Shown: positions 18,122 to 25,667 of the stretch, piece after piece
Layout of the letters: every line of letters starts with the position of its first letter
Numbering within the stretch: position 1 is the stretch's first letter
DNA from: an uncultured Ruminiclostridium sp.
Lineage (GTDB): Bacteria > Bacillota > Clostridia > DSM-8532
NCBI GenBank assembly: GCA_964586745.1
Contig: CAZPIS010000001.1
Location: forward strand, 1 to 39,039
Direction of reading: 5' to 3'
DNA: 39,039 bases
The notes under the pieces: model-generated
Told to the model about the DNA's origin: nothing
What the model saw: only the letters and a program-made list of their open reading frames with translations
Database searches by the model: none
Position numbers and translations under genes: made by a program

Positions 18122-18133
18122 GCAAACGTTTGC
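18122..18133. promoter_or_regulatory. Perfect 12-bp palindrome GCAAACGTTTGC, candidate LacI-type operator of the divergent nagA-like / ABC operon region
   Basis: The palindrome was read directly from the sequence. It lies 11 nt upstream of the -35 box of the ABC operon promoter. Confidence 0.55.
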
Positions 18134-18144
18134 TTGATTTTGTG

Positions 18145-18172
18145 TTGACATAGAGTGAACAAATGCTATACT
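18145..18172 (+). promoter_or_regulatory. Putative sigma-A promoter of the ABC/dehydrogenase/aldolase/TIM/LarA-like operon
   Basis: A consensus TTGACA (18145-18150), a 16-nt spacer, then TATACT (18167-18172). It is followed by a leader of about 135 nt before the RBS AAGGAGG. Confidence 0.55.
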
Positions 18173-18307
18173 GAAAGTGTCAAATTAAGTCAGGGGCGGA
18201 TGAGGTAAAAGGTTGATTATAGCATCATCTTAGGAACTCAGTCTGTGTTTTGATGTAATGCAAAAAGAGGAAAAAAAGCAAACAAGGACAAAATAAGGAG
18301 GAACAAT

Positions 18308-19450
18308 ATGAAAAAATTTATTTCGTTACTATTAGTGTTTGTAATGGCTTTTACATTTGTATCATGTGGAACGCCAAAAACACCCGGTACACCAACAACA
18401 ACCGCTAAACCAACTGGTACAACTGAATCACCCTCTGCACCACAAAAAGAGTATAATCTGAAGGTTGCCGGAATCGATGGTAGTATAACATTGTTCCCGG
18501 TTTATGTTGCACAGGAAAAGGGTTGGTTTAAAGATGCTGGTCTTGACATTGAAAGATTGGGCTTTACCAATGGGCCTGTAACTATGGAAGCTATTGATTC
18601 ATGGGAGTTCAGTGTAACCGGCGTTGGTGGAGTTTTGTCCGGGTTGATATCTTATAATGCAGTTTTAGTAGGCACTGTAGGCCATGATGATGGGACTCAA
18701 TATCTGTTTGCTCGTAAAGATACTCCTGTTGCTGCAGCAGGTAAGGGCAAGAACAGCATTAATCCGGAAATAGTCGGTGATGCTAAATCTTGGAAGGAAA
18801 TGAGTGTCAATAGCACTTACGGTACTGTTTTACACTATTTACTTCTTAAGACTTTAAGCGGCTTTGGCTTGACTATCGAAGATGTTGTAGTTAACTGGAT
18901 GGATATGCCTACTTCTAATGCATCATTCTTAGCCGGTGAAGGCGACGCTACTTGCGTAAGCGGAGAGGTTAGCTTTAAGGAAGATAAGAAAGATTTTGTT
19001 ATTGCTTCCAATGGTAAGTTAGCTGACTTAGGTCTTCAAACAAATTTTGTAGCAAATCCTAAAGCAATAAAGGATGCAGAGACTCGTGAAGCTATGAAGG
19101 TATTCCTGAAAGTATTCTTCGATACAACCAAGTGGATAACTGAAAATGAAGAAGAAGCTATTAAGTACATGATGGATTGGTGCGAATATGCAGGAAATAC
19201 TGTTACTGAGGATGTAGCTCGTCTGTATGTTTCTGTGGACCCGTACTATACCCTTGAAGATAATTACAATGCACTTCATGAAAAAGCTCATGATGGCGGC
19301 AACTACAACCGGATTCAGGAGCAGATTTTAGGTGTTCTTAAATTCTTTATAGACACCGAGAGCTATAAGGTTGGAGACGATAAACTCTTTCTTGAAGAGG
19401 GAAATCTTGACACTTCTTTAATTGACGAACTGTACGAAGAATCAAAATAA
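18308..19450 (+). CDS. ABC transporter substrate-binding lipoprotein, NMT1/SsuA-like (NitT/TauT family)
   Basis: A signal peptide with lipobox FVSC-G is followed by a Thr/Pro-rich linker (TPKTPGTPTTTAKPTGTTESPSAP). The mature domain begins LKVAGIDGSITLFPVYVAQEKGWFKDAGLDIE, as in SsuA/NMT1-type binding proteins. Confidence 0.72.
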   Translation: MKKFISLLLVFVMAFTFVSCGTPKTPGTPTTTAKPTGTTESPSAPQKEYNLKVAGIDGSITLFPVYVAQEKGWFKDAGLDIERLGFTNGPVTMEAIDSWEFSVTGVGGVLSGLISYNAVLVGTVGHDDGTQYLFARKDTPVAAAGKGKNSINPEIVGDAKSWKEMSVNSTYGTVLHYLLLKTLSGFGLTIEDVVVNWMDMPTSNASFLAGEGDATCVSGEVSFKEDKKDFVIASNGKLADLGLQTNFVANPKAIKDAETREAMKVFLKVFFDTTKWITENEEEAIKYMMDWCEYAGNTVTEDVARLYVSVDPYYTLEDNYNALHEKAHDGGNYNRIQEQILGVLKFFIDTESYKVGDDKLFLEEGNLDTSLIDELYEESK

Positions 19451-19490
19451 ATGCTTTTGTGATCATCTGAATGTTTAGCAAATTATCAGC

Positions 19491-19538
19491 AGCGGTTGTA
19501 AAAAGGGCAAAATGCTTTGTATCTTTGAAGCAACCGCT
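19491..19538 (+). other. Intercistronic stem-loop after the binding-protein gene
   Basis: AGCGGTTG (19491-19498) pairs with CAACCGCT (19531-19538), encloses a partly self-paired 32-nt region, and is followed by TGATTCTTTATT. This placement is typical of partial attenuators that raise SBP:permease stoichiometry. Confidence 0.4.
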
Positions 19539-19564
19539 TGATTCTTTATTAAGGAGAAATGACT

Positions 19565-20398
19565 ATGTCATTGAATGAAAAAGATTTAAAGAAAGGATTA
19601 GCAGAATTTAAGAGGAATAGGAGAAAAGATACACTTAAGTATATTTTCTTATCCTTCATTGGTATTGCGATATTTTTGATTGTTTGGAAGTTGATTGTCC
19701 AGTTTCGGCTATTAAATGTCAGGAATTTGCCTGCACCGGACGCAGTACTCTCAACACTAATAACAAAAATTTCGAGCAAAAATCCTGACGGGAATACGTT
19801 AGGAGCTAACATTCTGGCGAGCTTACAGGTATCGATGAGCGGGTTTCTGCTTGCCGTATTAATAGGTATACCCCTTGGGCTTTTTATGGGATGGTTCACT
19901 CCGATAGACAGATTTGTTAGTCCTGTTTTTGAGCTATTGCGTCCTGTACCCCCAATTGCATGGATTCCTGTGGTTGTAGTGTTTGTGGGAATTGATTTAA
20001 AGGCAAAAGCTACGATAATTTTTCTATCGGTTTTTGTACCATGCGTGATTAACTCTTATGCAGGAATTAAATTAACAAAAAGAACTTTGATTAATGTGGC
20101 AAAAACTTTTGGTGCAGGTGATTTTGAAACTTTTATAAAGGTAGGTATCCCTTCTGCTATGCCAATGGTATTCACAGGCGTTCGTAATGCGTTAGGTGGT
20201 GCATGGTCCACACTGGTAGCAGCCGAAATGTTGGCTGCTAAGGCTGGCCTAGGATATATGCTACAAGTTGGCCGTAATGTGGGCAGAGCTGATGTGGTAG
20301 TGGCGGGTATGGTCACAATTGCTGTTTTAGGTGCTCTGATGGCTCTGATTCTCAATCTGATTGAAAAACGGATCCTGAAGTGGAAAATGGAATCTTAA
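19565..20398 (+). CDS. ABC transporter permease 1 (NitT/TauT-type, BPD-transport inner-membrane component)
   Basis: Six TM segments with an EAA-type loop AKTFGAGDFETFIKVGIPSAMP. The ATG at 19565 lies 8 nt after AAGGAG. Confidence 0.85.
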   Translation: MSLNEKDLKKGLAEFKRNRRKDTLKYIFLSFIGIAIFLIVWKLIVQFRLLNVRNLPAPDAVLSTLITKISSKNPDGNTLGANILASLQVSMSGFLLAVLIGIPLGLFMGWFTPIDRFVSPVFELLRPVPPIAWIPVVVVFVGIDLKAKATIIFLSVFVPCVINSYAGIKLTKRTLINVAKTFGAGDFETFIKVGIPSAMPMVFTGVRNALGGAWSTLVAAEMLAAKAGLGYMLQVGRNVGRADVVVAGMVTIAVLGALMALILNLIEKRILKWKMES

Positions 20399-20410
20399 GG
20401 AGGGAGCCGT

Positions 20411-21196
20411 ATGTTTAGTAATGCTACAAAAAGAACAATAACCAAAAAAATTATATATTTTATTCTACCCATACTATCTCTTTTACTGATTGTTATGGCA
20501 TATGCTTTTGTGCAAAGGAAATTGCCTCTGTTATTACCTGATGCAACTGGTCTTTGGAATCGTTTCACCAAAACTTTTACAAACCCAATTAAAAGTGTCA
20601 ATCTTATTGGACATATTCTGGCAAGTCTTCGCCGGGTAATGATTGCTTTGGTTTTTGCATGGTCGCTTGGCATCGGATTTGGTGTCTTAATTGGTTGGAA
20701 CAGGGTTTTCAAGGCGCTCTTTGGCAGCATTTTTGAACTTTTCCGTCCTATTCCGCCCATTGCGTGGATTCCCATTATAATTATGTGGTTTGGAATAGGT
20801 GAGTTTCCGAAGGTTCTCATTGTATTTATTGGCAGCTTTATTCCAGTAGTTATTAATACAGAGGACGGTATACGATTGGTTGAAAAAGAGTATATCGATG
20901 TAGGCCGAGTTTTTGGAGCAAATCGTACACAACTGCTTATGGAGTTTGTGGTTCCCACGGCTCTCCCGGCAATTTTTGCAGGAATACGTACTTCTGTCAG
21001 TAGTGCATGGACTGTTGTTCTTGCAGCCGAGATGCTGGGGGCGGATCATGGTGTAGGAGCGTTGGTAACCCGGGGTTGGAATGCCGGTGATATGGCGCTG
21101 GTGTTCGTGTCAATCATCTGTATAGGCATTATTGGTGCCATTTTGGCTTACGTATTGAACAAATTAGAGAAGGTGGTGAGTCCGTGGAACAACTAA
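20411..21196 (+). CDS. ABC transporter permease 2 (paralog of permease 1)
   Basis: EAA-type loop GRVFGANRTQLLMEFVVPTALP and the shared motif ELFRPIPPIAWIPI. A GGAGGGAG RBS is present. Confidence 0.85.
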   Translation: MFSNATKRTITKKIIYFILPILSLLLIVMAYAFVQRKLPLLLPDATGLWNRFTKTFTNPIKSVNLIGHILASLRRVMIALVFAWSLGIGFGVLIGWNRVFKALFGSIFELFRPIPPIAWIPIIIMWFGIGEFPKVLIVFIGSFIPVVINTEDGIRLVEKEYIDVGRVFGANRTQLLMEFVVPTALPAIFAGIRTSVSSAWTVVLAAEMLGADHGVGALVTRGWNAGDMALVFVSIICIGIIGAILAYVLNKLEKVVSPWNN

Positions 21197-21942
21197 ATGG
21201 ATTAGTAGTAGAAAATCTTAGTAAGACTTTTTATAGTCCCGAAGGCTATTTCACGGCGGTAGAGGATGTCAGTTTTACACTTAATGACGGTGAGTTTTTG
21301 GTTATACTCGGTCCCGGACGTAGTGGTAAGACAGTTCTCCTTAATATGATTGTCGGCGTAGAAGAAAAAACAGGCGGACGTATTATTTACAACGGCGCGG
21401 AGAAGACAGGTATTCATCCTGACTTTGGCATGGTATTTCAAAGCTTATCATTAATGCCTTTTAAAACAGTCATGGAAAATGTGGAACTTCCTCTAAAAAT
21501 ACGCGGCGTGAACAAGAAAGAGCGGAGAAAGGTTGCTCAGCATTACATTGAACTTGTAGGGCTTAACGGTTTTGAAAAGTCTTACCCACATGAGCTTTCA
21601 GGCGGTATGAAACAGCGCGTCGGAATAGCACGCGCCTACACGGCAAATCCAAAGGTTCTTATTATGGATGAGCCTTTTGGCCAGTTAGATGCACAAACGC
21701 GCTATGCGATGCAGAATGAGATACTGCGTATATGGGAGGCTGAGAGACGTACAGTTATTTTTGTTACAAACAATATAGAAGAAGCCTGCTATCTGGGTGA
21801 TCGTATTATTTTACTTAGCGATTGTCCTGCGAAAGTCAAGGAAATATACCCAATTGACCTACCCAGACCGCGTGATATGGTTAATCAGGAATTTCTTCGT
21901 ATTCGTACAACAATTTCTGATAACACCGATCTGGCTATATAA
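21184..21942 (+). CDS. ABC transporter ATP-binding protein 1 (canonical signature motif; H-loop His replaced by Asn)
   Basis: Walker A GPGRSGKT, Q-loop VFQSLSL, signature LSGGMKQR and Walker B VLIMDEP. The H-loop position reads VTNN (Asn codon 21769-21771). The GTG start overlaps the end of permease 2 by 13 nt, with RBS AAGGTGG. Confidence 0.9.
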   Translation: MEQLNGLVVENLSKTFYSPEGYFTAVEDVSFTLNDGEFLVILGPGRSGKTVLLNMIVGVEEKTGGRIIYNGAEKTGIHPDFGMVFQSLSLMPFKTVMENVELPLKIRGVNKKERRKVAQHYIELVGLNGFEKSYPHELSGGMKQRVGIARAYTANPKVLIMDEPFGQLDAQTRYAMQNEILRIWEAERRTVIFVTNNIEEACYLGDRIILLSDCPAKVKEIYPIDLPRPRDMVNQEFLRIRTTISDNTDLAI

Positions 21943-21958
21943 AAGGGAGGGGAATGAT

Positions 21959-22717
21959 TTGGCTGAAAATGTGGACAATAGAGTCGAAAAGGTTTTAGTC
22001 AAGAATTTGACCAAGAAATTTGGTGACTTGCTGGTTCTTGACAATTTGAATTTTACTATAAAAAAGAACGAATTCTTATGTGTTGTCGGGCCTACCGGGT
22101 GTGGCAAGACTACGTTCCTTAATGTACTAACGCGAATTCATGAACCTACCAATGGAGATCTTTATATTGACGGAGAACCGGCAGATCCTCAGAAGCACAG
22201 CATATCCTTTGTGTTTCAGGAACCGTCAGCTTTTCCATGGCTAACGGTTGAGGAGAATATTGCATTCGGCCTGAAAGTGAAGAGACTACCAAAGAAAGAA
22301 ATTACTCATCGTGTAGATAGAATTCTGGAATTAATGGGCCTTCAGTCATATCGAAAGGCCTATCCAAAAGACCTTTCTGTAAGTATTGTACAGCGCGTTA
22401 TCATTGGACGTTCCTTCGCAATGCAGCCGGATTTGCTACTCATGGATGAACCATACGGGCAGATGGATGTAAAGGTGAGATTCTATTTGGAGGATGAGGT
22501 TATTCGTCTTTGGAAGGAATTAGGAAGCACTGTTGTATTCATTACACACAATATCGAAGAAGCCGTTTATTTGGCTGAACGTATTATTATTCTCAGCAAT
22601 AAACCCGCAGGTATTAAGGAAGAGGTTATCATTGATTTGCCTCATCCGAGAAATATTACTGACCCTAAGTTTATTGAGTATCGAAACTATATTACAGATA
22701 AGATTAAGTGGTGGTAA
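21959..22717 (+). CDS. ABC transporter ATP-binding protein 2 (degenerate signature motif; canonical H-loop)
   Basis: Walker A GPTGCGKT, Q-loop VFQEPSAFPW and Walker B LLLMDEP, with an H-loop ITHN. The signature reads LSVSIVQR (22373-22396) instead of LSGGQ. The TTG at 21959 lies 6 nt after GGGAGGGG. The ORF track's 21797 start overlaps ATPase 1 and is rejected. Confidence 0.88.
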   Translation: MAENVDNRVEKVLVKNLTKKFGDLLVLDNLNFTIKKNEFLCVVGPTGCGKTTFLNVLTRIHEPTNGDLYIDGEPADPQKHSISFVFQEPSAFPWLTVEENIAFGLKVKRLPKKEITHRVDRILELMGLQSYRKAYPKDLSVSIVQRVIIGRSFAMQPDLLLMDEPYGQMDVKVRFYLEDEVIRLWKELGSTVVFITHNIEEAVYLAERIIILSNKPAGIKEEVIIDLPHPRNITDPKFIEYRNYITDKIKWW

Positions 22718-22803
22718 AAACCACACTATGTGCTGAGTCAATACTCGCTAAATTATTTTTGTGCTAATTAATGCATGAATGTGTTTATGGAAGGAGCTGG
22801 AGT

Positions 22804-23817
22804 ATGAGAAGTTTAAGGATGTTAAAGTCTTCACATATGGAGTTAAGCGAAGTTGAAGAACCAAAACTCCTTGAGAATTATGCAAAAGTTAAAATGGAAT
22901 ATTGCGGTATATGTGGCTCAGACTTAACCGCATATACAGGCAAGAATCCTACTGTACGATATCCTATTGAAGGGATTGGACATGAGGGTATAGGTATCAT
23001 TACAGAAGTGGGCGAGAACGATCGCAACTTAAAAGTCGGTGACTACGTAGCTTTGGAGCCTTATATACCTTGTTTAAAATGTCACAGCTGCGCCGAAGAG
23101 CGTTACAATAACTGCACGGATATTCGTGTCGCAGGCGTTCACACAGGCGGTATGATGTCTGATTATGTAGTTTTCCCAATTCGTTTGCTATATAAGATTC
23201 CAGATGGTGTTTCACCCCTTGAGGCCGCATTAATAGAGCCGCTGACTATTGGCCTGCATGCAATGACACGTGCCCGTGTAAGCTCAGGAGAATATTGTGT
23301 TATAACCGGTGCAGGTCCAATAGGCTTACTTGCGGCATTGGGAGTTAAAAGCGTAGGAGCTACGCCAATACTGGTTGACGTTGTGGATGATCGTTTGGAA
23401 TTAGCACAGAAGTGCGGTATTGATTATGTTTTTAATAGCACATCCGGTGATTTAGCGGCATATCTTCACAAAGTTACAGGTAATATGCCCCACGCCATGA
23501 TTGAGTGTACCGGATCGCCGGCTATTTTGGAGGTCATGCATGATTATGTCCGACACGGTGGCCGTATTGCTCTAGTGGGATGGCCAAAAGGTCCGGTAAC
23601 AATTAATACAGTACGCTGTATTCAGAAGGAATTAGATATTCTTCCGTCCAGAAATTCCAACAAACAATTCCCCACTGCAGTTTCTTTGATTGCAGAAGGG
23701 AAGATTCCTGTAGACAAAATCATTACAAAGGTAGTGAATATGGAGGATACAGAAGCAGTGATACTCGATATGATTGCTAACAATAAAAATTACATGAAAG
23801 TAGTTGTAAAAATATAA
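22804..23817 (+). CDS. Zn-dependent medium-chain dehydrogenase/reductase, copy 2 (galactitol-1-phosphate / sorbitol dehydrogenase-like)
   Basis: Motifs: GICGSDL, GHEGIG, structural Zn site CLKCHSCAEERYNNC, and GAGPIG. The ATG at 22804 lies 8 nt after GGAAGGAG. Confidence 0.85.
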   Translation: MRSLRMLKSSHMELSEVEEPKLLENYAKVKMEYCGICGSDLTAYTGKNPTVRYPIEGIGHEGIGIITEVGENDRNLKVGDYVALEPYIPCLKCHSCAEERYNNCTDIRVAGVHTGGMMSDYVVFPIRLLYKIPDGVSPLEAALIEPLTIGLHAMTRARVSSGEYCVITGAGPIGLLAALGVKSVGATPILVDVVDDRLELAQKCGIDYVFNSTSGDLAAYLHKVTGNMPHAMIECTGSPAILEVMHDYVRHGGRIALVGWPKGPVTINTVRCIQKELDILPSRNSNKQFPTAVSLIAEGKIPVDKIITKVVNMEDTEAVILDMIANNKNYMKVVVKI

Positions 23818-23841
23818 ATTATATAATGGAGAGAAAATAAT

Positions 23842-24693
23842 ATGTTAGTTTCATCAAAAGAGATGCTTCAAAAAGCCTATGAACAACATTATGCAGTTGC
23901 TGCAATAAATACTCAAGGCGGTACTTATGATATTATTAGGGCTATTTGTATGGCCGCTCAAGAAACGCAAGCTCCGGTGATTTTAGCCCATTACCTTTCA
24001 ACCGGTGCATACTCAGGCCATGATTGGTTTTATGAGACCGCAAAGTGGATGGCCGGAAAGGTTGACGTACCTGTTGCTATTCATTTAGACCATGGTGATA
24101 CTGTGGAACACTGTAAAGAGTGCTTAGATATCGGTTTTACCTCTATCATGTATGACGGCTCCAGTTTAAGTATAGAAGAGAATGCAAAGAATACGTCCCA
24201 GGTTATTAAATTTTGCCACGAAAAAAACGTGCCTGTCGAAGCTGAGGTCGGTGAAATCGGTCGTTTGGATGCTAATGGCATTAATTTGAATCATAATAAT
24301 CAGGCAGACCCTGAGCAGGTAAGAGAGTACCTAAAATTGTGCTGCCCGGATTCCTTGGCTGTTGGTATCGGAAATGCGCATGGATTTTATAAGGCCGAGC
24401 CTGACATCCGTATTGATATTCTCAAAAAAGTCAGGACATTTACAGAGATTCCGTTTGTCCTTCATGGTTGTACCGGCATGAATGAAGACATGATTCGTGA
24501 ATCTATCGGTTACGGTGTAGCAAAGATTAATTTTGGTACCCAAATTCGATACAATTATATTAATTATTTACGTGAAGGGCTTAATATGGACTTTCAAGGT
24601 CATGCCTGGAAGTTGTCACAGTTTGCTGAGGGAAAGTTGCGTGAGGATGTGAAAAGCATTATCCGCCTTGCAGGGTCAGATGGCAAGGCCTAA
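23842..24693 (+). CDS. Class II ketose-bisphosphate aldolase, short GatY/KbaY-like form
   Basis: 283 aa with motifs IHLDHG, EAEVGEIG, GNAHGFYK and LHGCTG. Confidence 0.88.
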   Translation: MLVSSKEMLQKAYEQHYAVAAINTQGGTYDIIRAICMAAQETQAPVILAHYLSTGAYSGHDWFYETAKWMAGKVDVPVAIHLDHGDTVEHCKECLDIGFTSIMYDGSSLSIEENAKNTSQVIKFCHEKNVPVEAEVGEIGRLDANGINLNHNNQADPEQVREYLKLCCPDSLAVGIGNAHGFYKAEPDIRIDILKKVRTFTEIPFVLHGCTGMNEDMIRESIGYGVAKINFGTQIRYNYINYLREGLNMDFQGHAWKLSQFAEGKLREDVKSIIRLAGSDGKA

Positions 24694-24738
24694 TGTAAAC
24701 AGCATACTATCAATGTTTCTATTAGAGGAGGCAGTAAA

Positions 24739-25575
24739 TTGAAATCTATTTTTCTTAATCTAAAACGCTTCGATATTCCTAAAAAAATGGGAGGGGTTAA
24801 CAGTATAGCACCTATTAAAGAATGGGGAAGCTATATTATTAAAAATACACAGGATCAGCTAAAAGAGTACGACAAAGACGAAGTCGAATTTGTTATGTTT
24901 TTTCCTGAAGCCCACTTAATCGGTGCGGTTAACGCATTAAGTAAAGATAGTCCGGTAAGGATTGGCTGCCAAGGTGTATTTCGTGAAGATACGGCTATAG
25001 GCGGCAATTTCGGCGCATTTACAACAAACAGAACTGCAAATGCAGCAAAAGCTATAGGCTGTGTCGGAACAATAATAGGGCATTGTGAGGAGCGTCAAGA
25101 TAAGCTCGGTATTATGGCTGAAGCCGGTGCAGGTAGTACTGATGCGATAAATCGTTTGCTTAATAAGGAAATAAAATGTGCGATAGATGCAGGGCTTAAG
25201 GTCCTTTACTGCATAGGTGAAACAACTGATGAACAGAAGGATTGGCAGAATATTTTAAGAAAGCAGTTGGAAATAGGTCTTGACGGAGTAGACGAAAGCA
25301 GCGTAGTAATAGCATACGAGCCTGTATGGGCAATAGGTCCGGGTAAAACACCGCCTGATAGAGATTATATACAGATGGTAGGACGTTTTGTTAAGGAAGT
25401 TACAAACGGTGCTCCTGTTGTCTATGGCGGCGGATTAAAATCCGATAATGCTCAAATGCTTGCATCGATTCCTGAAATTAACGGTGGACTTATAGCTTTG
25501 ACCAGATTTAACGGTGAAATAGGGTATTATCCAAATGAATATTTGGAAATTATTAGAAAGTATATAAATAAATAA
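24739..25575 (+). CDS. Divergent triose-phosphate isomerase family protein
   Basis: Motifs: NLK (N-terminal Asn/Lys), GHCEER (where canonical TIM has GHSERR), IAYEPVWAIGPGKTP (catalytic Glu region) and YGGG. It is 278 aa, longer than typical TpiA. The TTG start lies 8 nt after GAGGAGG. Confidence 0.75.
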   Translation: MKSIFLNLKRFDIPKKMGGVNSIAPIKEWGSYIIKNTQDQLKEYDKDEVEFVMFFPEAHLIGAVNALSKDSPVRIGCQGVFREDTAIGGNFGAFTTNRTANAAKAIGCVGTIIGHCEERQDKLGIMAEAGAGSTDAINRLLNKEIKCAIDAGLKVLYCIGETTDEQKDWQNILRKQLEIGLDGVDESSVVIAYEPVWAIGPGKTPPDRDYIQMVGRFVKEVTNGAPVVYGGGLKSDNAQMLASIPEINGGLIALTRFNGEIGYYPNEYLEIIRKYINK

Positions 25576-25667
25576 AGCTTCCGTACGCTGTTACAAACTA
25601 AGGTTGCTTTCAGAATCCGGGAAACTTGATACTTCATATTAAGCAATACAGAAAGGAAGTATTTGAT

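Noticed and set aside
18173-18307. The roughly 135-nt leader of the ABC operon as a possible riboswitch.
   Set aside because: Only short, weak hairpins can be drawn (for example GATGA...TCATC), there is no terminator/antiterminator pair, and it resembles no riboswitch class I know. The evidence is insufficient.
20395-20958. A 187-aa ORF antisense to ABC permease 2. Many similar track ORFs are nested antisense or out of frame within long genes, for example 652..867, 1154..1396, 2732..3034, 11484..11825, 13752..14259, 20056..20355, 26685..27080, 29102..29371, 33504..33851 and 34591..34884.
   Set aside because: Each lies entirely inside a longer ORF on the other strand or frame that has clear family motifs. 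They have no RBS and show low-complexity or odd composition, so they are shadow ORFs.
21797-21958. An N-terminal extension of ATPase 2 in the ORF track (start at 21797).
   Set aside because: The extension overlaps the last 146 nt of ATPase 1 in another frame and adds a non-ABC sequence. A TTG at 21959 with the strong RBS GGGAGGGG gives a normal ABC N-terminus.
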